A stretch of DNA of 64,000 nt from Sphyrna mokarran (taxonomy: Eukaryota), in assembly GCA_024679065.1 (NCBI GenBank), contig JAGIQG010000017.1, forward strand, positions 19,282,001-19,346,000, read 5' to 3'. Numbering within the stretch: the first letter of the stretch is position 1; each line of letters opens with the position of its first letter. This document shows positions 26,164 through 37,500 of the stretch, in pieces. The notes below the pieces were generated by a model that was not told where the DNA came from, searched no databases, and was given only the letters and a program-made list of their open reading frames with translations. Made by a program: the position numbers and the translations under genes.

Positions 26164-27054
26164 TTGGGATTGTTGTTCACCGGCAGAATTGCTCCATCGG
26201 GTTTAGAGCTGTTCCCCTTGCTGCGCCATGAAGGTCACTAATGCCCTCCCATGTTGCTCTCCACACACATCGGTCCACACTAGGATCACTGTTCTCCATA
26301 CATGCTGCTCCACACTGGGTTCTCCATTCTTTCTCCACATAACTCCGCACTAGGATCGCACTTCTCCCCCCTCACTGTTCGATACTGGGATCATTGCTTT
26401 CCTCCTAAGTTGCTTCATTTTACACTGCTACACTGGGTTCACCATGTTCTGCCTTCATTGTTCTTCAGTAGTTTCATTGCTCTCCTGTACTACTCCACAT
26501 TGGGTTCACCTCTCCTCCTGTGTTGCTCCATGCTGGGTGCATTGCTGTCCTCCTCCGCTGTTGCATGGTGGAATTCATTGTTGGCCTCCTGTGCTGTTGC
26601 ATGCTGGGTTCATCATTGTACTCTACACTGTTTCATGTTGGATGCATCATTGTCCTCATGCATTGTTTCATAGTGAAGTCATTGCTGTCCTGCACTGCTC
26701 CATACTGGGTTCACTGTCCTCTTCCCCCTTTTGGACTAGCTTGATTGCTCTTCTCCTATGCAACTTCTGCTGGGTTCATCATTTTCCCACTGCGCCACTG
26801 CAAACTGGGGTTCAAAGTTGATGTCTTGTGTTACTTGGTATGGTGTTCACAGCTCTCCACCTACCTCCCTCCATTATGAGTTCATCACTGCTTTACCCTG
26901 GGTTCTCCGTTTCCTCTCAGGCTGCTCCACGCTGAGTTTACCATTCTCCTTCTGTACTGCTCCACAACGAGTTTGCCCTCCACTGTTCCACACAAGATTC
27001 ACTAGTGTCCTCCAATGCTGCTCCACACTGCATTCGCTTCCCTGATGATACTGT

Positions 27055-27430
27055 ATTCTACATCAGCCATGATAGCAGGATGCCGTTCCCACCCGTCACT
27101 GTCGGGGTTGTCCATGAGGGTCGTGACTTTCCAAATCCCGAATGTAATAATAGGTGGAAGATGCCAATGTGAGTATTCTGCTAAGGAAGGGTCTGTTGCA
27201 CATTAACCACTGCACAGGCTTGACAGAGTAAGACCTTGGTCAAGTGACAAGCAGGTTCAAGAGTACTGGTGACCTGGATCAGCTACATAAAAGCTACTTT
27301 CTTCTTTCCACAGGACCTCTGTCCTTGGAGTTCATCTAGAGCAGTGATGTCCTCATAAACTCATTAGGGTGTCACTGGCCTGTGGGTCTGGTTGGAAAAA
27401 TTCGATTTGATTTGGCACGACCACTCTTTT
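27055..27430 (-). mobile_element. RTE LINE 5' end (5' UTR plus endonuclease N-terminus)
   Basis: Minus strand of about 27060-27145 translates to TFGIWKVTTLMDNPDSDGWERHPAIMA, matching the APE endonuclease start FGTWNVRTL of RTE ORFs. Confidence 0.75.
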
Positions 27431-28324
27431 AGCAGCAGAGATCATTGCTCTGCTCCACACAGGTTTTGTGACTTTCATCCTGAACCGATCTACAGGATTC
27501 ACTGCTGTTCTTCTGCACTACTCCACACTTATTTTGTTGGTCTCCTCCTACACTTCCACTCCGAGTTCATCGCTTATCTCCCATACTGCTCCACACTGGC
27601 ATCACCACTCTACTCCTGCACTGCTCCACACTGGGTTTATCCTCTCCTCCCTTACTGTTCTACACTGGGGTCACTGCTTTCCTCCCAGCTCTGCTCCACA
27701 TGGGTCTGCCATCCTCTCGCACTGACCTATTGGGTTCACTGCTATTTGCCTTTGCTATTTCAAATTAGCTTCATCGCTCTCTTCCTGTACTGGTCCATGC
27801 TGTTTGCACTGGGTTTATACTCTCAACCGCACCAGTCCAAGCTGGGCTCACTATTAACATCCTGCATTGCATCGTATTATGTCCATTCCTCTCCTCCTCC
27901 GCTGCTCCACACTGTATTCATCTCTCTCCTCTTGTGCTGCTTCAGACTGGGACGACTCATTTCCCACACTGTTCATTGCTCTTTCACACTATTCCATACT
28001 GGGTTGACTGCTGTCCTTTCGCTCTGCTCCATGCTGGTTTCTTCTCAGTTCTGCCACACTGCTCCACATTGGGTTCAATGCCCTTCTCCCATATTGCTTC
28101 ACACTGATTTTGCCATCTTCCTCTCACGCTGTTCTGCCCTGGGTGGCCACTTATGTCCAATGCTATGCCACACACTTCTTGTGCTGTTTTTAATGGGTTT
28201 GCCACTCACGCTCCCAACACCACTGCTGTGTACTGCCCCACACTCTGTTAATTCCTCTCTTCCTATGCTGCAACATAGTGCATTCACTGTTCTATCCCAT
28301 GTTGCTACATAATCGGCAACAATA

Positions 28325-28695
28325 TTGGCAAATATCTATGTATAGCAATGGGAAACATTTAAAGTGAAGTTCAACATTGTGTGGGAGAAATATATTCAGC
28401 TGAAGAATAAAGAAAATAATAGAGGCTGTGAAAAGATTAGGAGGACTGAAAAAAAAATTACAAAACCAAAGAGGAAATGTCAGTTCAAGGAACACAATAC
28501 AAAATAATAAAGTATTTTATTGACATATCAATAAAGAAAAGGAAGGCTGAAATGGGAATATGATCATTAAAGATTAGACAGGAAAATACTAAAAGTAACA
28601 ACAGAGATGGCAGGAATATTAAATAAATATTTTGTTTTGCTATTTATTGTGGAGTTAGATGTGACATTGAATGATGTGATAAGTTATGAAATACT
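28325..28695 (+). mobile_element. CR1 ORF2 fragment, paralog of 23345-23835
   Basis: AGCAATGGGAAACATTTAAA...GGAAGGCTGAAATGGGAATATGATCATT...ATATTAAATAAATATTTTGTTTTG is shared with 23371-23800. Confidence 0.75.
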
Positions 28696-28914
28696 ATTGC
28701 ACTGTTCAACGCAGGGTTCACTATTTTCCTTCCGCACAGCTCTGCATTGAGTTCACTGCTCTCCTTCTGCGTTGCTGCACCCGAGGTCATTGCACTGCTT
28801 AACAATGAGTTCACTACACTCCTCCTGCGAAGCATCACGGACTTCACCACTCTTTTCCTGTGCTGCTGCACACTGGATTCACTGCGCTCCTCCCATATGG
28901 CTCCACTCTGGGCA

Positions 28915-29290
28915 ATAATATTGGAATGCATTGATGTAGAACAACCACGGGAAACATTTAAAATGAGTTTCAGCAGAGTGCAGTAGAAGTATATTCAGCA
29001 AAGAATCAGCTAAGGAATAAAGAAGAAATTGAGTACAAGAGCAATTGCATAGATGACTAAAGATACATAAACTGCAGAGAAGTCCATAATAATAGAGGTT
29101 ATGAGATTACAAAAGAAGTAAAAAAATGACAAAGGTGAAGAGGAACAATGAGATCTAATTTTCAAGTAACATAAATTAAAATTGTAAAATATTTCACAAG
29201 AAATATTAAATAAGCATTTTACTTTAGTATCTACTAGGGTGTTAGAACTGGTAGACATAACACTGAATAATGAAATGAAATACCACTGGT
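28915..29290 (+). mobile_element. CR1 ORF2 fragment, third paralog
   Basis: GGGAAACATTTAAAATG...TATTCAGCAAAGAAT...ACTGCAGAGAAGTCCATAATAATA...ATATTAAATAAGCATTTT. Confidence 0.72.
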
Positions 29291-29649
29291 AACACACTGG
29301 TTTACGACAATCCTCATACTCTGCTCCACATTGGGTTCAACGTTCTCCTCCTGCACTGCTGCCATCTTTGAATTTGCCATCTTTGTCCCATAGTGGTCTA
29401 TACTGGTTTCATCTCCTTCCTAAAACATTGTTCTACACAGCTCTCTGGTTCCAGTATTGATTTCTACCATATTCGCTGCCCTAGACCCCTCTCTGCTCTA
29501 CAGTGGGGTTCAATGCTACCCTTTCCCCATTGCTCCATCCTCATCCTGTACTGCTGCATGCTGGTTCACCACCCTTTTCCTGCACCACTCCAAGCCAGGC
29601 ATGTCAGCCGTCTCTCGCACTGCTCCACACCAGATTACACATTCAAAAA

Positions 29650-30375
29650 TAAGTTCTCAGATGGACTGAGCAGTCCAATGATAACCTACAATCTATCACA
29701 GGGGAGGCAGATGAGGGTTGAAGGAATGGGTGAGTGGAATGATTGGTGTGTGCTCCTCTCCCTGCTGAAGCCTGGCTTCTGCTTACTTTCGGCAATGAAC
29801 ATGAAGGTGTTCAGTTCCTTCTTGGTTGCTCTTCCTCCCCCTTAAAGCAGTCTTGGGGCCAGATCTCGGTGGGGATTTTGTAAATTTGAGGAGGTTCTGA
29901 GGATGTTCTTGAAACATTTCCTCTGCCCTCCTGTGGCTTGCTTGCTATGTTGAAGCTCTGAGTACAGCATTTGCTTTGGGTGTCTCATATCAGACATGTG
30001 AATGATGTAGCCTTCCAAATGGAGCTGACTGAGTGTGACCAATGCTTTGATGCTGGGAATATCGACTGAGTGAGAACACTGAATTAGTACACCTATCCTA
30101 TAGACAATAGATTTGTAGGATCTTGTGGAGGCAGCACTGATTTTTGAGGTGCCTGTTACACATGGTCTGAATCTCTGAGCTGTTCAGGAGAGGGTAACCA
30201 CCTTGTAGACCTTGAGCTTGATGCTAGGTCTGAGGTTCTGGTCTTCAAACATTTTCTAAGGTGACCAAAGATAGCGTTCAGCTCAATATCGATGTCTGCC
30301 CCTGTTGACAATAGGCTTCCTTGTTATGAAAAGTGGTCTACATTGACAAATCCTCACCTAGATCTTGATAATCAA
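29650..30375 (-). mobile_element. RTE LINE C-terminal fragment
   Basis: Minus ORF 29842..30042 HMSDMRHPKQMLYSELQHSKQATGGQRKCFKNIL. Confidence 0.88.
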
Positions 30376-30388
30376 GTAAGGAGTAATG

Positions 30389-31560
30389 TTCATCAACTTA
30401 TTCTACCCTGATCCTAAAGTCACATTGCTCAGCTTACCATGAACTGTCCCATAGGCCAGTCATTAGCTTCCTGGCCTTAACCGAAAGATTACATTCACTA
30501 TCATGTCCATTCTGGTGTATTTTCTTTCATTGTAAATACTCATAAAATATGAACCAGCAACTTGGCGAAGACTGGGTGATCCCATAATACACTATGATAC
30601 ATCTCTTCAATGGACCAGTAACAGAACAGATTGCTAGCCGATCTCAAGACAGAAAGCAGAAGATATGAAAAAATGTTCCACTTGGACCACTGCTGGAAAG
30701 CAATCCTATTCAGAATTTATATCAATGATTTGGTTCTGGAATCAACAGTTTTAAGCCCCACTTTATTGCTGACACATTGAACAAATGCCTGCACTCTTTA
30801 CCATAATCTCACCTCCTCTCTTACTCTTGATCTTTTGAAGTCTCGCTTCATTCTCTCACTCTCCATATTGTGATCTTGTTTCCATCACCGCTCCACTCTG
30901 TGTTCACTGCTTTCTTCCTGCACTGATCCTCTTGTCTTCTACATTGTCTTCAGTATGTCTGCAATTAACAGTTTAGAAAATAATCACTGAATGACCTGGC
31001 CTTTAACAAAAATAATCCCCACAGTTCATTCCGTAACACAAACTTTGTTTACCCATCCTGATGCCAGTTACCTGCATATCTTGGCCTTCATGTCAGACAA
31101 AATCAATTTATTACAGTATAACTCATGGATCATTCATCAACTTATTCTCTCCTGACCCAAAGGTCATATTACTTAACATAATTTGAACTGATCTATAAGC
31201 CAGTCATTACCTTCCTGGCCTGACCAAAAGGTTACATTACCTACCATGTCAACTCTAAGTTTTGTTTTATTGCAAATACTTCTAAAATTTAAATCAGCAA
31301 TTTGGTCAAGACTGGATGATCCATGATACAGCATGATACTCCATGATACATCACTTCATATAAACTCAGGGACAAGTAACAGAATGGATTGCCCAATGTC
31401 TGCCAGACAGAAAGCAGAAGCTGTGGAGAGGTGTTCCATGAGGATCTTTGGCAGAAACCAACTCTTGTTCACAATTTTTATTAGCAATTTTCACTTTGGA
31501 ATCAAAAGCTTTTAGTCCCACTTTACTGTTGACAGATTGAGTCAATACCTGCTCTTTATA
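30389..31560 (+). repeat. Diverged direct duplication (30389-30800 and 31133-31560), each copy ending in a CR1 RT fragment
   Basis: Both copies start TTCATCAACTTATTCT and share CCAGTCATTA.CTTCCTGGCCT, AAGACTGG.TGATCC and AGACAGAAAGCAGAAG. The 3' part reads as CR1 ..QVTEWIA..LxDRKQ..GVP.GS..LFTIFI/IYINDLxxGIxS. Confidence 0.85.
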
Positions 31561-34500
31561 AGTGTCTCATCTCCCTAGTTACTGAATTCTCACCTCTGCC
31601 TTTCTCACTTTTTGTTGAAGTTTGAACCCTCACTTCTTACTGAAGTTTCAACTCTCACTCTCGCCTTTACTTGGATGATGGAATCAACAGTTTTCAGTCC
31701 AGCTTAGTCTTTTGAGTGAATGTCTGAGCTTCCCCTCCACTTGCTCCCTTTTGCATTTTTATTGAAGTCTCACCTATCTCTCTTCGATTATTCAAGACTC
31801 TCCTCTATCACTCAATTAAGTTTCACCTCACTCGCACTTGCTTTTTTCAAGTGTTACCACTACCTCTTTTGCTTCTTCAAATCACCTCAGTCTCTCTCAC
31901 AATTTTTTAATGTCTTGCCTGTCTCTCTCACTTTTCATGGAAGTCTCACCTCTATACCTTTTGCACTTTTTTATTCAAATATCACCTCTCATAATTTTTA
32001 ATGAAGCCTTGCATCTATCTCTGGTATGTTTCAAGTGTCACTTTTCTCTCACACTTTTTGTTCAAGTCACACCTCTCCTTCATGCTCTTTTTAAGTCTCA
32101 CCTTTATCTCTTTCACATCTTTTTAATCCAATATCACCTCTATCTCTCTCTTGCATTTTTTATTCTCATCCTTTTTAATGAAGTCTCACCTCTATCCCTC
32201 ACACCTTTCATTGACGTTTCACCTCTATTTCTCTCTCACTTTTCAGTCAAGTCTCACCTTTAATTCTCTTTGGCGTCTTTTTATTCAAATATCGCCTCTA
32301 TCTCAATTTTTAAGTCAAGTCTCACCTCTGTCACTCGATTTCTTATTCAAGTCACATTTTTGAAGTGTCACTTCTATTCCTTTCACGCTTTTTTTCTCCT
32401 CAATTTCTTACAAGTTTAAAGAAGCTTCACCTCAGTCACTTTTTATTGAAGTCTCACCTCTCTCGTGCGATTTTTTCAAGTCTGGCCTCTACTTTTTTTC
32501 CAATTCTCACCTCAATCTCTCCCTCGCATTTGTAATGAAGTTTTACCCTTATCTCCCTCTCTCACATTTATAATGAAATCTTATCTCTATCTCGCTCGCT
32601 TCTTAATGAGGTCTCATCTCTATTGCTCGCGCTATTTATTCAATCATCTGTCACACTTTACTAAGTCTCACCTCTATATCTCTCACATGTTTTAATGAAG
32701 TCTCCCCTTTATCACTCACTTATTAATGACATCTTTTTTATTGAAGTCTCATCTTTTTATTGAAGTCTCATCTTTTTTATTGAAGTCTCATCTTTTTTAT
32801 TGAAGTCTCATCTTTTTATTGAAGTCTCATCTTGGTCTCGCCTTTTTTTTGGACTATAGAAATCAACATTTTAAACTACGCTGGGTCTTTTGAGGGAATG
32901 TCCGAGCTCTTTACTGAAGTTCCTCTTCTCACTCCTTCTTGCGTTTTATTGAAGCCACACTACCCTGTTTCGCGCGCTTTTTATTGAAGTTCATCTCCCT
33001 CGCGCGCCCATTTTTGGACTATGGAATCGAAAGTTTTCAGCTCCGCTGGGTCTTTTGAGTGAATGTCCGAGTTCGTTCCTGAAGTCCTTCCTCTCTCCAA
33101 CCTGTTTCGCGCGCGTTTTATTCAAATCGCATCTCTGCCTCTCTTTCGCACATTTTAACTTGTTCTCACTTCTATCCCTTCTAACTACACCTCTTATCGA
33201 TACCTCACCTCAATCTTTCACTCTCACCTCTCTCGCGCGGTTTTTACTGAAGTCTCACTCTACATCACATGGAAGCCTCACCTCCAAATCTCACACATTT
33301 TTGTTCAAATATCGCTCTATCTCAATTTTGACTAAGTCTCGCCTATATCTCACTTTTTTAACTGAAGTCTTACCTCCGTCTTTCTTATTCTTTTATTAAA
33401 GTCTCTGCCCCATCTCACGCGCGCGCTTCTTTGTTGTCTCACCTCTATCTCTTTCACGCCTTTTCTTCAAATATTACCCCTTTTTCTCACAATTTTAATG
33501 AAGTCTCCCCTCTATCTTTTTTATTGAGTCTTACCTGTATCTCCCTCACTCTTAAGATCTCATCTCACGCGCGTTTTTTTTTGAAGACTCACTTCTATTT
33601 CAGTTTTCAAGTCTCACATCTATCCCTCCCTCATATCTGTAACGAACTCTCACTTCTATCTCCCTCTCTCGCATTTATACGAAATGTTACCTCTATCTCT
33701 CACTTCTTACTTAAGTCTCACTTCTATCTCGGGCTTTTTATTCAAATATCTCTCCCACACACTTCTTTCCAAGTCTCACCTCTGTATCCCGCTTTTTATT
33801 GACATATCATCTATATTCCTCTCGCAATTTTTATTTGAAGTCTCACATCAAGCTCTTAAGATAGTCTCACCTCCATCTCTCTTTTTATTGAAGCCTCACC
33901 TCTATCACTTACTTTTTATTGACGTTTTATCTGTTTCTCGCCTTTTATTGAAGTTTCATCTCTTTCTCGCCTTTTTTACCTGGACTATGGAATCAAGTTT
34001 TCAGTCCCAGAGTTTTTTGAGTAAATGTCCGAGCTCTGTACTGATGTCTCTCCTCTCACTCCTTCTTGCCGTTTTATCGAAGTCTCACCTCTACTCTCAC
34101 GCTTTTTACTCAAGTATTTCTCACACATGTTTCCAAGTCTCACCTCTGTATTTCTCATATTTTAATGAAGTCTCCCCTTTATCACTCACGTATTATTGAC
34201 GTCTTATCTCTCTTTTTATTGAAGTCTCATCTCTCTCGCCTTTTTAAAATCTGAACTATAGAAATCAATATTTTAAACTACGTTGGTCTTTTGAGGGAAT
34301 GTCCGAACTCTTTACTGAAGTTTCTCCTCTCGCTCCCTCTTGCGTTTTATTGAAGCCACACCACCCTGTTTCGCGCGCTTTTTATTGAAGTTTCTCTCTC
34401 GCGCGCGCCCTTTTTTGGACCATAGAGTCAATAGTTTTCAGCCCCGCGGAGTCTTTTGAGTGAATGTCCGAGTTCTTTACTGAAATCCCTCCTCTCACCA

Positions 34501-37500
34501 AACTATTTCGCGCGCGATTTTATTCAAATCGCATCTCTCCTTCTCACATTTTAAATTGGTTTCCCTTCTATCCCTTTTACATCTTTTATTGCTACCTCAC
34601 CTCAATCTTTCACTATTTTGTCAAGTCTCAGCTCGCTCGCGGGCTTTTATTCAAGTCTCACTCTACCTCAGATGGAAGCCTCACCTCTAAATCTCACACA
34701 TTTTTGTTCAAATATCGCTCTATCTCAATTTTGAATAAGTCTCGTCTCTATCTCTTTTTTTTACTTAAGTCTTATCTCCGTCTCTCTGTCCCATCTCACT
34801 GGCGCGCGCTTTTTTGTTCTTACCTCTATCTCTTTCGTGCCTTTTCTTCAAATATTACACTATTTCTCACAATTTTAATGAAGTCTCTCCTCTATCATTT
34901 TTACCTGTCTTACCTGTATCTCCATCTCTTCATTGAAGTCTGATCTCTCATGCGCTTTTTGAAGGGTCATTTCTATTTCAGTTTTCAAGTCTCACATCTA
35001 TCCCTCGCTCACATTTGGTATGAACTTTCACCTCCATTTCCCTCTTATATTTAAATGAAGTGTTACCTCTATTTCTCACTTCTTATTGAAGTCTCACTTC
35101 TATCTCGAGCTTTTTATTCAAGTATCTCTCACATTTTCCAAGTCTCACCTCTGTATCCCACGCTTTTTGTTGATGTCTCATCTATATTCCTCTCGCGATT
35201 TTTATTTGAAATCTCACATCAAGCTCTTTTTAAGATAGTCTCACCTCCATCTCTTCTTTTATTGAAGCCTCACCTCTATCACTTATTTTTATTAAAGTTT
35301 TATCCCTCTCTCGCCTTTTTTTATCTGGACTATGGAATCAAGTTTTCAGTCCCCCTGTGTCTTTTGAGTGAATGTCCGAGCTCTGTGCTGAGGTCCCTCC
35401 TCTCACTCCCTCTTGCGGTTTTATTGAAGTCTCACCTCTACTCTCGCGCTATTTATTCAAGTATCTCTCACACTTTTTTCCAAGTCTCACCTCTGTATTT
35501 CTCACATATTTTAAAGAAGTTTTCACTCACTTATTATTGACGTCATATCTTTTTTTTTATTGAAGTCTCATCTCTCTCTCGCCTTATTTTAGTTGGACTA
35601 TGGAAGTCAACATTTTAAACTACGCTGCATCTTTTGAGGGAATGTCCGAACTCTTTACTGAAGTTCCTCCTCTCACCCGCTCTTGCGTTTTATTGAAGCC
35701 ACACCACCCTGTTCCGCGCGCTTTTTAGTGAAGTTTATCTCTCTCGCGCGCCCTTTTTTGGACAGTTTTCAGCCCCGCTGGGTCTTTCGAGTGAATGCCC
35801 GAGTTCTTTCCTGAAGCCCCTCTCACCAACCTATTTCGCGCGCGTTTATTCAAATCGCACCTGTTCCTCTCCCACGCACATTTTAAATTGGTTTCCCTTC
35901 TATTCCTCCTACACCTTTTATTGCTACCTCACCTCAAACTTTCACTATTTAGTCAAGTCTCACCTCACTCGCGAGCTTTTTATTGAAATCTCACTCTACC
36001 TCACATGGAAGCCTCACCTCTAAATCTCACATTTTTGTTTAAATATCGCTCTATCTCAATTTTGATTACGTTTCGCCTCTATCTCACATTTTTTTACTGA
36101 AGTCTTACCTCCGTCTCTCATCCTTTTATTAAAGTCTCTCTACCTCGTTTCACTCGCGCGCGCTTTTTTGATGTCTCACCTTTATCTCTTTCGCGCCTTT
36201 TCTTCAAATTTTATCTTTCTCACAATTTTAATGACGTCTCCCCTCTAGCTTTTTTTTTGGAGTCTCACCTGTACCTCCTTCACTCTCTTCATTGAAGTCT
36301 CATCTCACACGTGTTTTTTTGAAGTCTCATTTCTATTTCAGTTTTCAAGTCTCACATCTATCCCTCCCTCATTTGTAATGAACTCTCACCTCTATCTCTC
36401 TCTCTCGTATTTATACTGAAGTGTTACTTCTGTATCTCACTTCTGAAGTCTCACTTCTATCTCAGGCTTTTTATTCAAGTATCTCTCACACTTTTTTTCC
36501 AAGTCTCACCTCTGTATCCCACTTTTTATTGACATCTCATCTATATTCCTCTCGCAATTTTTATTGAAGTCTCACATGAAGCTCTTTTTAAGATTGTCTC
36601 ACCTCCATCTCTTTTTCTTGAAGCCTCACCTCTATCACTTACTTTTTATTGACATTTTATCTCTGTTTCTCACTTTTTTCCGAAGTTTCATCCCTCTGGC
36701 CCTTTTCTGGACTACGCAATCAACAGTTTTCAGTCCCGCTGAGTCTTTTGAGTGAATGTCCGAGCTCTTTATTGAGGTCCCTCCTCTCACTCCCTCTTGT
36801 GGTTTATTGAAGTCTCTCCACCCTGTTTTTCGCGCGCTTTTTATTCAAATCAAGTTTTATCCCTCTCCCGCTTTTATTGATATCTCACCTCTAGTTCTCA
36901 ATTTTTAGTCAAATGTCACATCTCTCGCGAGCCATTTTTTAAATTGAAGTCTTTTCTATCTCATTTTTCGTGGAAGTCTTTCGCACATTTTTATTTCAAA
37001 TATCGCCTTTACGTCAATTTTGATGAAGTGTCCCCTCTACCTCTCTCACATTTTCTACTGAAGTATTACCTCTATGTCTCCTTTACCCTTTTTATTCAAG
37101 TCTGTCTCATCTCTCTCGCTCGCGCTTCTTTGAGGTCTCACATTTATCTCTCTCGCGCCTTTTCTTCAAATATCACCTCTATTTCTCACAATTTTATTGA
37201 AGTTTCACATCTAACTCTTTTTTATTTGAGTTTCCTCTGTATGTCCCTCACTCTTTTCATTGAAGTCTCATCTTTCCCACACAATTTTTTTGAAGTCTCA
37301 CTCCTATTTTGTTTTCCAGTCTCACCTCTCTATTTCCCTCACATTTGTAATGGGCTCTCACCTCTATCTCTCTTGTACTTAGTGAAATCTTACCTCTGTA
37401 TCTCTCACTTTTTATTGAAGTCTCACTTCTATTTTCTGCCCTTTTATTCAAGATCTCACTTTCCTTGTCTCACTTCTATATCTCTCATTTTTACTGACGA

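Larger units (their letters stand above)
520..30960. repeat. Satellite A: diverged ~35-bp tandem repeat (consensus approx. CTGGGTTCACTGCTCTCCTCCTGCACTGCTCCACA), interleaved with TE fragments in multi-kb macro-units
   Basis: CTGGGTT-like cores recur at about 7924, 7959, 7994, 8026, 8062, 8099, 8134, 8164, 8199, 8234, 8269, 8304 and 8339 (modal spacing 35 bp). The (CTG)CTCCACACTGG(G) motif occurs throughout 520-30960 and the + strand is strongly C/T-rich. Confidence 0.92.

Noticed and set aside
27300-27440. HDV-like ribozyme at the RTE 5' end
   Set aside because: Known for some RTE elements, but I could not fold a nested double pseudoknot from this decayed copy.
27392-28312. 306-aa ORF and other long Leu/Ser/His/Cys-rich ORFs (e.g. 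19985..20716, 7857..8477, 36944..37720)
   Set aside because: The + strand satellite A consensus has no stop codon in any frame and C/T-rich repeats are stop-poor, so long ORFs are expected by chance. Paralogous units do not keep the frame.
520-30960. C2H2 zinc-finger array suggested by repeated CACACTGGG (HTG) and Cys/His-rich ORFs
   Set aside because: The period is 35 bp, not 84 bp. There is no CxxC...HxxxH spacing or TGEKP/TGERP linker, and the frame shifts with every monomer.
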